Shown here: piece by piece, positions 26,981-39,349 of the stretch
How positions within the stretch are numbered: the first letter of the stretch is position 1
How the letters are laid out: every line of letters begins with the position of its first letter
Assembly (NCBI GenBank): GCA_009103225.1
Contig: RHPI01000385.1
Location: 556,480-610,622, forward strand
Length of the DNA: 54,143 nt
Source of the DNA: Chlorokybus atmophyticus
Taxonomy: Eukaryota; Plantae; Mesostigma and Chlorokybus algae
Reading direction: 5' to 3'
Notes under the pieces: generated by a model
Told to the model about the DNA's origin: nothing
What the model saw: the letters and a program-made list of their open reading frames with translations, nothing else
Database searches by the model: none
Translations under genes and position numbers: made by a program

Positions 26981-28250
26981 TGGTGGTGCAAGTTGTCGTG
27001 GGTAGTGCAGGGGGTGTTGATTTCGCGTGTGCAGGATTGGGGGGTAGTTCATGTGCATGTTCCACTGGTGGTGGCTTGCTGAATTGGCTGCGGTACTGCG
27101 CATCGGATTAGTGGCATAGACGACGCAAAGCACACATCTGCTGCAAAGTGTATCTCGCCTGCTTGCAGTGCACTATCTACACCTGTGTGGCATGACACGC
27201 ACGCAGGTCCTGCAGGGCCAACAGCGGGCATACCAGGCGGTGTAGCAAATGTTTGATGTTTCAGTCCAGCGTGTGCAATAAGGTATAGTGTAGGCTGTCC
27301 AATCCGTGCACATAAGACCGACCCCTGTGTTAGCGAAACACAAGCTTGAAAAAGTGCTTGTTCACGCAAAAGTGCGCACAAACCCAGGGAAGGCTAGTAG
27401 AGTAGAAGTAGCATAGGTAGCATAGCCCTGTGGTGGATTACGTAAGATGTGGTGTTTGTATGTGCTTGTGGTGAATGACACGCCATGCATGACACCCTAT
27501 ACATGCAGCATCTAGTTTTCTCTACACATATGCATGCACACAGAGCTGCGCACCCCATTATCGCACACAATCGCTTTAGAGAATCATGCTCGCATGAACG
27601 TGTAAGCAGCCAAACGTGCAGCAACCATAATGCACAGTTCTGAAGGATAGTGCTACAACTCCTCGTGTTGCAAATTGTTACAAACAAGGTTAATCTGCTG
27701 CAATATTTGGATAATTACAATAATTATGTAAAGTTAACATGGATAACACATGTTTTTCAGTCAACTGATACTGTTGGTGCAAATGCAGCACTTGTTGTCA
27801 TGTTACAACAGATACCCATAGTAAAAACGAGTTAACTACTCGATGTTGTCCACGCAACAACTACAAGTAGTTAACCGATCCCAATGTCCGCAAGAGCCTC
27901 ATCAATGCAAGCGCCCAAAGATTAGGATAGGCATTGAGAATGCCACGTAAGCGAGCGGACGATAACTTTGCAGGCTGTGATAGAATGTGGTTTGAGGCTT
28001 TGTGGATGTTGACCCAGCCCCTCTCGACACGAGGAACGTTGGCACTTGCGCCCCCGCTCCAAGTTGGCCTCAAACAGCTGAGACCGCTCGCGCGCGTGGA
28101 GAGGCAACCGCTGTGTTGCAGGCCAGGTTGCACTTTGACTCCAGTCGAGAACAGTGATAGCAATGCGCTGTGCAGTAGGTAGTCCTGGCCTCACTGATGC
28201 CTTTTTCAGATTCTCCCCCTCGAAGCTGTCTGTCTAAGAGAGCGTGCGTG

Positions 28251-29358
28251 CTATTGCCATCCGAGCACGTTCATCTTCTTCTCTCGTTCCAGTAGTCGCT
28301 TCTTGGCCGCCTCGCGCGCCGCCAGCGCCTGTTTCTCCGCGTCCGACACCGGCCCTTTGCTCCCCGCTTGACCCGCCTTGGTCTTCTTTGTGTTGGTGGT
28401 CCCTCCCCCTCCCTCGTCCCCGCGCTTCCTCTTCTCTAGTGAAGCCTTGTACAGCGCGGCTCGACGGTCCTTGTCGGCTGCAGAGACGGAGGCACGTCTC
28501 AGTAGATGCAAGAGGTGTACACAGAAGACGGGTGCGGGACGACAACAACCACAACCACCAAAAGAACAACATCGATAGTCAGTAGTCTCCTGCGTGCCTG
28601 GTGCGCTGCTTGTGCTGGGTGTCTCATCGACGTTGCCACCCAGCTCTCGCATGGCCTTCAGATCCTCCGCATACTGCTTCCGCGCTTTCTGCAGCAGCCA
28701 GCAAGTGTAAGAGACTTGATAACTGAACTGAACTCGTGCGCTAAGTGGCCACGCACCGCTTCTATGTCTCCCATGACGGAGGCTGCTTTCTCGTTGGCCT
28801 TCTTGTCTTGTGACTGGCGCTTGTGCATGTCGTCGAGCTTCTTGGCGAGCTTCTCCTTGTGCATCTTGCCGCCCTCGTGGATGCGCACGGACGCCGCATT
28901 GTTCGAGATCCACACGCGGCACACGTCGCACCACTTGTTGCCTTGAGAGACCCAATACTGCGCACTCACAAGACTGTTGTTGCTAGGGTTGTCGATTCAC
29001 GCACGCGCTGGCATGCGAATACGCACACATGCACACACACCCGCGTGCACCCCATTACTACTCCCCTTGTACTGGTGTGGCAGGCACGCAGGCATGCGCA
29101 TGACAGAGCGCTGTCTGGCAGTGCTCCGAGTGTGCAACTGAGACAGTGTGCGGCACACGTATGGCACTTGCTGTGCGCACAAACATTTCCAACCAACACA
29201 ACTATTGCACCGTAGCGATCTGTGGCGTCGACACATACAGTCAAGGTAGTGGAACTGTCCTGTGTTTCGTTACACTGCTTGTGTGTGCTTGATTGTCGGC
29301 ATGGCATGGCATGGCATGCGGCCTGGCTGCAGAACTACCACTTGCTTACTTCCGTCAT
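28251..29358 (-). CDS. ZOP1: U1/matrin-type zinc-finger splicing factor, ZOP1/WBP4-like; exons 29358-29350, 28957-28757, 28688-28598 (or 28571), 28477-28251
   Basis: MTE|YWVSQGNKWCDVCRVWISNN...IHEGGKMHKE and C-terminal ALAAREAAKKRLLEREK both match plant ZOP1 as recalled. Confidence 0.8.
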
Positions 29359-30639
29359 GATGATGGCTGCCCTTCCTTGTATTGTGTGCTGATGGTTTGG
29401 CGTGTGTATATGTGTTAGCAGCAGGACGAGGGGGGGGAGTCAGTTAGTCCGTCAGCACAGCACAGGCTCGCGCGCTGCCTCTGCCTCTGCCTCTGGCGTG
29501 TGTGGCGACGGCGGTGCCCTCCACCCGCTCGCTGACGCCTTGGCCGCCTGCCCGCCGGCCCTGATCCCAGTCCGATCCGATTCAGGGGGAGACAGTCTCT
29601 CCACACACCGTTGTAATAACGACACCCATGTTTGAAACCCTTATGGTCCATAAGTTTAATGGGGGTAGCACATGGTACAATGACCTACCGGTACCGGTAT
29701 ACCGGTACTTTGAAGTTGCTTACATCAACGCTCACAAGCACATCGTGGGTACAGCGACATCATAACTATGTGTGTATTTACCATAAATCCAGAGTAACGT
29801 TGTTGTGTTTCTGTTCCCGGCAAGATGTCCATAAGTTGGACGCTCTTAAATCAACATTAACTTGTGTTTGATTCTCATGAAGTGGTGCGTCACCAATCAG
29901 GAACTTGCAAGTTCACCCTGCTTACAGTAATACCGTACCCTCTGATTTATTGTGTGCCAGCAAACACAGACGCGTGGCATAACAGTGTATTAAAATCGAG
30001 TGTATAAAAGATGGTATGCTACACATGAGTAGCGTGCATGGTGTCAAGCACATGCATTGTCATGCACAACACTCTGCACACGGCACTTGCGATTGCATGC
30101 CAACCCTTCACATCATCACATTAAGTCACCACCGGGCTGCACGTAACTCGGTACCCCATCAGTCACACCAGCATGCATGTTGCAAAAGAATCCACATGCA
30201 CGCAGGCATCGTGTACAGTAAATGTGATGTGTGTGGCTGCGCATGCAAGTGTCCATGCATACAGTGTGCTATGTGTTCACTTGCGCGCAACGTATTTCAC
30301 ATATCTGCACAATTACTAATGTTTTCAAGAAAGCTGACAAGTTATGCTCCGAGTCGAGCTCACTATCAATACACTCACAGCATGCATCGCACATTATGAT
30401 CACATGAGTAGCATTGGGAGCACCAGCGCACAATCCCCAGCAGTCAGTCGCAGACATGCAAAAGACAAGCATGGGATCACCTGGGGCCAGTGGACACTTG
30501 AAGCCACAGCTATACAGGCACCACAAGTCATGGCCAACTAGTCGTCGCGCAGCGCAAGCATAAGCAGAGACAATGGACAGACCCAACAACCCAGCACAAG
30601 CAACATGTATGTATGTAAGCCACTGACACAATGACCGCA

Positions 30640-33600
30640 TCAGGCGCTCTGGCTGCTGCTGCTGCTGCTGCTGTCATCATCGGAGTCAGAGCTGTTGGGT
30701 CTGCTGCCTCGACGCCGCGTCGTGGACTCTGTTTTGCCTTTACTTCGCTTGTGCCTCTTGGACTCCTTCTCCTCGCGCTTCTTCTTTGACTTGGAGTCTT
30801 TCCTCTTCTTCTCGCGATGGCGCCGTCGCCTTTCCTTGTCCCTCTCCCTCTCCTTGTCTCTCTCCCGCTTGCGCTTCTTCTTGCGCTCGCGCCTGCGCTC
30901 TTCCTCGTGTTCCTCCAGCTCCTGTAACCGCCTCCGCTCGCGCTCAATCACAGACTCACCTCTCCCACCCTCAACAAGCTGCGCCAGTGGATCAGCTACC
31001 ACTTGACCACCATTATCAACTCGCTCCCCACGCCCTGTGTCCACGGGCGTGCTGGCCTGCCTGCTGCTCTGGCGCCGCACCTCGTCGCCATCCACAGCAG
31101 CATCGTCACTGTTGTCTAAGTATGCTGGCCTGGCCGGTCCAATCACCGTCCTTGGACCGGCAAAGGCTGCGGGGGTAGCAGTAGCAGTTGCAGGAGGCAG
31201 TTGCAATGCAATTGTCTTCGCGGCAGCGCTCCGCAAAGCAAATGCTGGGCGCAGCGAGTCCGTGTCCCGAGCGCCCCCGACCTCCTCCTCCTTCTTGTCC
31301 TCATCCGCAACGCCCATGTCGGCAAAGAAGTCCGCCGCAGCAAGCCGGTTGAGGGCCGCTGTGGCCGCAGCCGCGCCGACCGGGTTCTGCGCCGTATCTG
31401 CTGAGGACGGGCGGGGCTCTGCTTCTGGTGGTGCGTCCACGCCCTCGACCTCATCCTCGTCGGAGTCATCCTCAAAGATGGCCTTGAAGAGGTCGATGGG
31501 CTTCTCCACGTACGTCTCCGGGGGCTGCTGATCTTCCTCCTCGTGCTCTGCCACGCTTTCCTGCGCGGCCGCTGCTTGCTTTCTCTCCCCAGCAAGGGCA
31601 GGCCAGGTCGGGGCGTGCGTGGCCTGCGGTAGAGCGAGCATGGCCGCTGCGGTGGGTGCCTCGGGCGCGGCGGAGGACAGCAGCACCAGGGAGTCCATCT
31701 TGCTGGCTTTGGGCGGGGGCGGCTTCTGCCCCGCGTACGGGTCGGCCAGACCGAACCGCTTGCAGAGGAGGTGTTCGGGACGCCACGGATGCGACTCGCG
31801 CGTCATCCCTCGCTTGGATCCCGCTGCCGGCTTGCTCGACAGGGACTCGGACCCCAAAGAAAAGCGTGAGGCGACGGCGGCTGCGAATGAGGCGGCCGCC
31901 GCGCCCGCGGGCGCGAGCGTCGAGCGCGACTGGCTGGCGGCTTCGGCAAACGGCCCCTGCTTCAGAGCCCTCGCCGTGCGCTCAAACTCGTCGCGCTCGC
32001 GGACGCGCTCTTCTTGCGTTTGCAGACTCTGCGGCTGCGGTGTTGAACGCATCAGCAGGTTGCTCACGGCTACATGTGCAAGAGGGGTGCATGCATGCGC
32101 CATGAACATGTATCACTACGCTATCCACACAGCTCCTTGAGCAGGCAAGTGCCCATGCCATTACCTATACAAAGACAAGCAGCGCATGCACAGGGCAGAG
32201 GACCTCTGCGATGGGGCAACCAGTGGAGATCTGCCATGCATATGTACCTGTGGTTTGCGCAGGCCTCCCACGGTGGCTTGCTGCATGTAGTCCTCGTAGC
32301 GCGCCTGCTTGTCCGCATCCGCCTGGAACGGCTTGCTGTCGGAGCTGCCCCCGGAACCATACCCCGCCGTGAACGTGCCGGCGAGCGCCGCCTGCAGCCG
32401 CTGCCGGTCGTCCTCGGGAATGAGCTCAAACACCATGCCGGGTTTCACTGACGGGGGACCAGGTAGCACTGCGGGCTGCTCTCCCAGCATGTGCGCTCGC
32501 TGGTTGGCGTCAAGCCGAATGCTACGCGATTGTTGCTGCCGCTGCTGTTGTTCGTCGCGCTTCTGCTTCTCCCGCAGCAGCTGGCTCAGCCTGTACTGGT
32601 AGTAAACCTGGCCGGGACCATCGTCAAGCAAGAAGCAGAACTTGGGGTCGCCCCGCTGCCGCTCCTTGACCATCGCCTCGAACTGCGGGCCATTCTTCGC
32701 GACGTACGCCGCCAGAGACTCGATGGTCTTGCGCAGGTCCGACCCCTCCGGCGGCACGTCCTTCTCCGCGATGGTGACGGCGTCTTGCGCGAGGTCGTCC
32801 GCGGTCGCGCCTTGGAAGGCCGTCGCCATCGGGGCCTCGAAGCGGTGCACGGGCTCGTAGTCGGTCGGCACCTGCGGCGGGGGATACGCCTCGGCCGCGT
32901 CTTCCACCTCTCGCACGTCCGACACCTTGAAGCAGGCGAGTATGTTGGACGCGTCCAGGTTGAGAAAGGCGGCGGCGGTGTCCGGCCTGGCTGCTGCGGC
33001 GCGGCTCTCTTCATCGAGGCTTGCCGGGATGTCATAGTGCGACGCGTCTTCGCGCACGTACACGTCCTCATCCTCGTCTCCCTCGCCCTCGAGGACACCC
33101 ACCCCGAATCCAGAGCCCGTCTTGTGTGCGTGGGGGCGGAACATGCTTCCCCCAAAGCGGTGTCCGTGCGTGCGCGTGGCGGAGGGCCTGAGCTGTCGCA
33201 CGCGCTCGTCGCGGCGGGCACGGAACTCGGGCGCGTCGCGGTAGGGGTCGTGTCCGAGGCCGTGGCGGTCGCTTTTGGGCTTGAGCACGTACGACGGCGT
33301 CGCTTGCGCCAGGTTTAGCTCCGGCAGGTCGCTCGCGTCCTCCTCCATGGCCACCGCATCCACAGCACCATCGTCATTCAGGGCCTCCGGGGGCGGTGCA
33401 GAGGGCCCGTACACCTTGCGTCCTGAAGGCTCCACGCGCATGCCCGTCGTTGTGGTGGTGTGCTTGGCTAGGGCGTCTGCGGCGCGTCTGGCGGCACGCA
33501 CGAGGTCGTCCGCGCCTTTGCGTGGACCGAGCTTGCGACCATGGCGCCAGCCCATGCGCCGAAGGAGCTTGAGTCCCAGGGACTCCGTCACGGGCACGAT

Positions 33601-34993
33601 GACCTCGTCGGGGACCAGGTTGGGGATGGCGTCGGGGCGCGGCTGCAGCTCACCAGTGGACTCCTTCTGCGCCTGCCTGCGCGCGAGATCCGCCGCGGCC
33701 GTACCAAACGTGTCGAACTCCTGCTTGGCCGTCAGCCTCGACCCGTGCAGCTCCGCCTTCTCCTCCTCGTCCATAAAGTCCTCCGCTGCGCGCACCCATT
33801 GGACACAGCACACTCAGTGCAGAACAGGACCACAACTACACTATCTTGTGTGTGTGGAGGAAAGCATGCGTTGATGACACAAGTGTAGCACGCACCTTGT
33901 TGCTTTTTCTGCCCTGCACGGTCGCTGCGGGACGACTTGAAGGTGGAGGGCGCCCATCCCTCCTTGGAGCCGACCGTGTTGAAGTATCCCGCAGAGAAGC
34001 CGCCCGTGAACGCACCATGGAAGCGTCGTTTGCCATTCTCGTCGAGCACCTCCTGCTGCCATGGGGGAACATCGTGCCGCGCCGCGCCGCTCACCACCAG
34101 CGCCTTGCGCGCACGTCGACCCACCTGATGACAAAAGAGAGACACAGCAGTACGTGAACGGTTGGTCGTGGAAAAAAAATAAAAGCCTGAAGTATTGCAT
34201 CAAAACGTTATGGAACTGATGCAGCGAAGGGGTTCACTAAGACCCGGGCGTGCGTGTATGAATTGCACTGATGATGGGCGGTTGTGCTTTGCATGCAGCG
34301 TGTGAATTCAAGATGTTGTCGTCACAACTGCATAGATGTTATGGACAGTGCCTGCCCAATGATGGTAGAAATAATGATGCGGACGACGCGACCATGCAAC
34401 TTGATGGCGTGTGGCAGCTGTGCGTGACACTGTACAGCTTGAGCATGTTGGCAAATCCATGCAAGCAAAGCCAGACTGACGACGTTGTGCGCGATTGGGA
34501 CAGGTACAGACGCGAATCTAGCGTTTTCATCCATAATATGAATTGTGCGTCGAGTTTGTCAACTGACACGAGCTGAGTTCGCAAAGGGATTGCAGCCACA
34601 TCCCTGCTTGCTGCCTTCAAACAATGCATGCATGCACGAACAAAGTGAAGTACACATACAAGTGTGGGACTTGTGGGGGGGGACATGCGTATGAATGACA
34701 TGTTGATACATGCATACCCATGTATGAGACGCGTAGGTAGATAGGCTGAGATAACGATGGACAACAAGGCATGTACGAGAGATGTGCTTAATTCTGGCAT
34801 CTGGTTGATCCATTCGGACGCATGATTGCACGAGATATGATGCTAGTGCGCGAGCGTGCGTCTCAGTAACGGCTGCGGCCATCTGCGTGCAGCTCTAGGG
34901 TTGAACGCATTAGAGACTTGCCTCTGATACGTTGACTAGAGGCGTTCCGACTGCAATGCAGCTCTCCTGCTCGTCGTCATCGCTGTCCGCCAT
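30640..34993 (-). CDS. TGH: G-patch domain protein 1 / TOUGH; exons 34993-34931, 34124-33896, 33785-32248, ~32028-30640
   Basis: [32 protein letters not shown]-patch [15 protein letters not shown] domain [44 protein letters not shown]-rich tail. The last acceptor is ambiguous (32028 or 32034). Confidence 0.93.
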
Positions 34994-35223
34994 GGTGTGG
35001 TTGATGACGATGATCCTCTCCGCAACGAAGCTCCTCACTCCACCATCCTTCCCTGCCCAGACGTAGGAGCACTATCTTGCTGTGGGGCAGTCTCCGTCAT
35101 GTGTGCGTAGGCCTGGAGGAGGCCGCACCTCCCCGCCGCAGCGGCCCGGTCCTGAGCGCAGGCAAGCCCTAATCTAAGCGGCGTGCGGCATGTCTATAAG
35201 CGCCCCCCCCCCCCCCCCCCCCC

Positions 35224-35423
35224 NNNNNNNNNNNNNNNNNNNNNNNNNNNNNNNNNNNNNNNNNNNNNNNNNNNNNNNNNNNNNNNNNNNNNNNNNNNNN
35301 NNNNNNNNNNNNNNNNNNNNNNNNNNNNNNNNNNNNNNNNNNNNNNNNNNNNNNNNNNNNNNNNNNNNNNNNNNNNNNNNNNNNNNNNNNNNNNNNNNNN
35401 NNNNNNNNNNNNNNNNNNNNNNN
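35224..35423. other. Assembly gap flanked by poly-C, between the TGH and rhodanese starts
   Basis: 200 N between C homopolymers. Confidence 0.99.
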
Positions 35424-35546
35424 CCCCCCCCCCCCCCTCCATATTGGAATGGTGCATGTCGCCGACGTGGCACTCCACTCGCGGTACGTGGGAGAGAGGC
35501 AGGCGGGTAGGCCGGGTGGGCGGTGGCGGGGTCGGGGTCGGGCAGC

Positions 35547-37182
35547 ATGGCGGCGCCTGTGGTTGCTGCAGGCTTGCAGACGACCACCGCAGCAGTGGCG
35601 GTGTTGACTGCGCCGCGGCTGGGCGATGGGCGTCCTCGTGTCAGCCAGCCGCAGCGGGCAGCGGGGGGGAGGCGGCGGCGGCGGCCTGCTGCGTCCGTGG
35701 TCAGGTGCCGTGCCACGGCAGGCGACGACGACGACAGCAAGCCATCGTCGTCGTCGTCCGCGGCAGCAGCCGTGGCTTCTGCGCCTCAAGGTGCACGCGT
35801 ACGGGATGCATGCTTCCCCGGGTCATAGGGGATGATTATATGCGCACATGCACACACACGCGCACGCACGCAGCAGTGTACAAGTCGCTTTCCTCGATTG
35901 TCAGCGTGCTTCTCGCGAGTGCGTGGTATTGCAAGTCGCTTTTGCGCCCTTTTCTAATGCGGTCATTGCGATGTGAAGTAGGCAGCTGCAGGAAGGCGTG
36001 CCTGTCACGACGGCTCTGTCGTTGTTGATGTTGTCGACAACAATAAGGGCGGCACTCGCAGCCGGCCTCCACCACGACCTTTGTGGCCATGTCTTTCTGT
36101 GTTCCAAAAGGCTTGCGCGATAGTCGTCTCGGTTGCCACGCGACACATACAGTAGTAGTTGCGTGCATGCGGCAGGCGCTTAACTTACCAGCTGTGTTGC
36201 GCGTTCGGTGCGACAGATGGTGAGGTGGGTCAGGTGGAGGTGAAGGTGCGGTACGACGCGTCCATGAACCGGTGGGTGAAGGACGACCGCTACGCTCCCC
36301 TGGACGGCGACCGACGCTACGTGCGCCCCAGCGTCGGGGAACCCTACGTGGTAACGCTGTGGTGCCAACAGCAGCACTCGCTCACCGCATGTTCCAGTTG
36401 TCCGTCCCCTGCTCCTCCTGATTGCCCCGCGTGCGACGCAGGTGTGGCCGGTGGTGTACACGGAGCTGGTGGCACGTGACCTCAAGAGCGTCGCACCGGC
36501 AGAAGTATGTCGTGTGCATTGGTATGTGTGCATGGTGTCGTGCGCCTCCTCCTGACCCGCGCAGCGCATGCAGGCGCTGGAGCTGACGTCGAGCGAGGGG
36601 TGGGTGTTGCTGGACGTGTCGGAGGCGGAGGACTACGCGCAGCGGCGCGCGCGGGGCAGCGTCAACGTGCCGCTCTTCCAGCCCGTCGAGGGACGCACTT
36701 TCTTACACAACGTCAAGCGCTTCGTCATGGCCGCAGCCTTCGCCATGACAGCCACAGAACGCAACCCAAACTTCGTCAAGCAAGTCCAGGAGCGCTTCCC
36801 AAAGGATAGCAAGGTAACAGTGGCACGAATTGTGTGCATGCACGTACTGCGATGCTGAGGGATGCGTACGCAGATAATCGTGGCGTGCGCGCTTGGGGGC
36901 ACTCTGGACACCATTATTCGAACGCGGCCCGACAAGAAGTTGTACGCCGATCCGGACCGCGCATTCGGGCGGGAGTCGCGCTCCCTCAAGGGCGCATTCG
37001 AGCTCTTCCAGGTGCTGCTGTTTGAACAGGCACTGCCCAAACGCATGCATGGGCACTGTTCTTGTCCCCTCATGCCTGGCCCTTGAGTTTTGTTATTGCA
37101 GGCTGGTTACAAGAACGTTGCACACCTGAAAGGCGGTTTAAACCAGTGGAGCCACGAGCAGCTACCCATGGATTTCGACTGA
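35547..37182 (+). CDS. Chloroplast-targeted rhodanese-like protein; exons 35547-35790, 36217-36350, 36442-36504, 36574-36813, 36874-37011, 37102-37182
   Basis: A/R/S-rich transit peptide ending VVRCRA, GWVLLDV, GSVNVPLF, IIVACALGGTL, RESRSLKGAFEL, GYKNVAHLKGGLNQW. All junctions frame-consistent. Confidence 0.88.
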
Positions 37183-38109
37183 GGTCCCGCTACCATGGTT
37201 GTGTTATACGCCTTGATGAGTTGTGCTCCATACGTCATTGGACACACGCATTGGTGTGCGTTGTACTAGCATGCATTGTCATTGTGGAATATGAATAATT
37301 ACGTTGAATGAATACATGCTTGTCGTGCAATAACTGGTGTGCTTGGTATAAAAACCGTTTCTATGCAACTGTGTTTTCAATAGGTGTACTAGCGCGGCGA
37401 TGAAGCATGTGTGGTACATGCGTGTGTGGAAAGCGCCGGATTGCGCAAGAATTCGAAGACGCTGTTGCGTGCATGCAATAGTGCAAAGTAACACACTGAG
37501 CATGATGTATAATGCATGTCAACAACGAATTTCAACATGTTGCGTTGCATGTGTTTGCCGTCATGTCATTGGTCATCAGTCACGGTTACATGCTTTCACA
37601 CATTTTCAACCATTGGGCTACCTACCTTACCAACTCTACTCCTACCCACCATGTTAGTCATGCAAGCATGCATGTGCGGCCCTTGTTACATGACAACGGC
37701 TGTGTTAGGAAGTATATGTATGTGTATACAAAAAATGAAAGTGATGTATTCGGGGTGCTGCATCACACATGCTGACAGCACACGCACAAAGCATTCACCA
37801 TTATCATCATATTAATATTGACACCACCACTGCTAGGCTATGTGCTCTACCTACTCAGTCTAGCTACCCTCTACATGCATAGCCCCAAACAAGCACAGAG
37901 TAACTGGCATACCTGCCCACATGTATGCAACAAGCACGCATGTGAGCCATATATGTTGGAATGTGAAACATGTGGGTATCTAAAAGATGCAAGAAGCAAC
38001 ATGTGTCAGGCGCCGCATTGCATGCTATATTGATTCTTCAAACTGGTGTACACCCAACACCCAACCCCACCGCCTACACCAAACCGCCAACACCACAATG
38101 TCTTGGTGC

Positions 38110-38930
38110 CGTGCAATGCACCTATAGCGCCCAAAGTGCTGGCGAAAGTCACTCTCGTCTTAGGTATGTGGCAAGTAAGAAGAATTAAGTGAGGATTCGG
38201 TGTAATAAAGTTATGTAGTACTTGGCATATGTGCTCGTGAAGATAGCTTCTGCGCACTTGGTGTGCAAGGGCATTGTAGCTACACATAGACGATGTCTAC
38301 TAGCAAGCACAGGGTTGGTCGGTGTCATATGTTCGCATGTGTATGTGTATGGTTGCAAACGCGTGCATATGTTCGCATATGAGGTCACATGCATGAATAT
38401 GAGTGATGTGTGCATGTGTATGTATGTCCGCATATTTATGTATTTGTATGCATATGAGGTTCTAAGCTGATGTAGTCAGCCTTCGGCCTTCATAATGTTC
38501 GAGGCTGATGTGTAATCGGTCTTGGGCGTTAATGAAGATGTCTAAGACTGATGTGGCAATCCACAACATGAGTTGTGGTCAATGCAGTTATTACAAGGCA
38601 AGTAGCCATAGACTTGATGTTTCTAGGTCGGAGAGCAGCAAAGAAAGGGTTGATGAGCGGCCTCAACATAGCCGCAGCTCGGCATGTGCATACTTGACTC
38701 TTGTGTATGGGATACATGATTTGGTTGTTCGAGGGGTTTTCCCTCTCGTCTTAAATGGGGTGTAGTGTTCGTGGCAACCTTGCACGAGTGTGGGGTGTGC
38801 TTGGGTGTGTAAGCTGAGTGGAGAGCTTGCCGTGCATCCTATCCAGATGCGGTGCTGATCATTCATCCTTCTTCAAGAAGCTGCACCTTAATATGTATCA
38901 AAAGGGTTCTTGTGCGTGTGCACAGTTTTG
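38110..38930 (+). repeat. Old dispersed repeat, copy 2 (homologous to ~1600-2560)
   Basis: Same colinear blocks as copy 1, clearly diverged. Confidence 0.75.
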
Positions 38931-39349
38931 TGATATACACGAGCACGTACATGTGTGTCACGTTACATTGGCATCGGAGCTTGTTTTCAAGCCTTATATG
39001 CTTGCCCTTTAACTCGTACACTTGCTACACAGTGCGTGTGTTGCATTCTTTGCTTGCATGTGCTATATGACAGTGTTTGCACGCCGATTGTGCATGTAGC
39101 TGGTTGCTCCAACTGCACGCACACTTGTATGCATGGTGTGGGTTGTAGTCACAATGGTTTGCTAACTATATATGTGTACACTTTTGCTCCATTCGGCTGC
39201 ATACCGTTTAGTTTTTAGTTTTTACAGACTTGCCACACGCGGCTCGCAGACCTCATCCGGTATGATGTAGCGTACCGATGTCGCGACTAGTTTGGCGTGA
39301 CTGGACCACTGGTGGTCGAATCCCAGAGCCGGATGGCATGGTCCGAGTA

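Noticed and set aside
27000-28200. Additional gene between DPH1 and ZOP1
   Set aside because: Short ORFs without motifs or consistent splice structure; compatible with convergent 3' UTRs and intergenic DNA.
30695-33874. Multiple plus-strand ORFs over TGH
   Set aside because: Antisense shadows of a GC-rich coding region.
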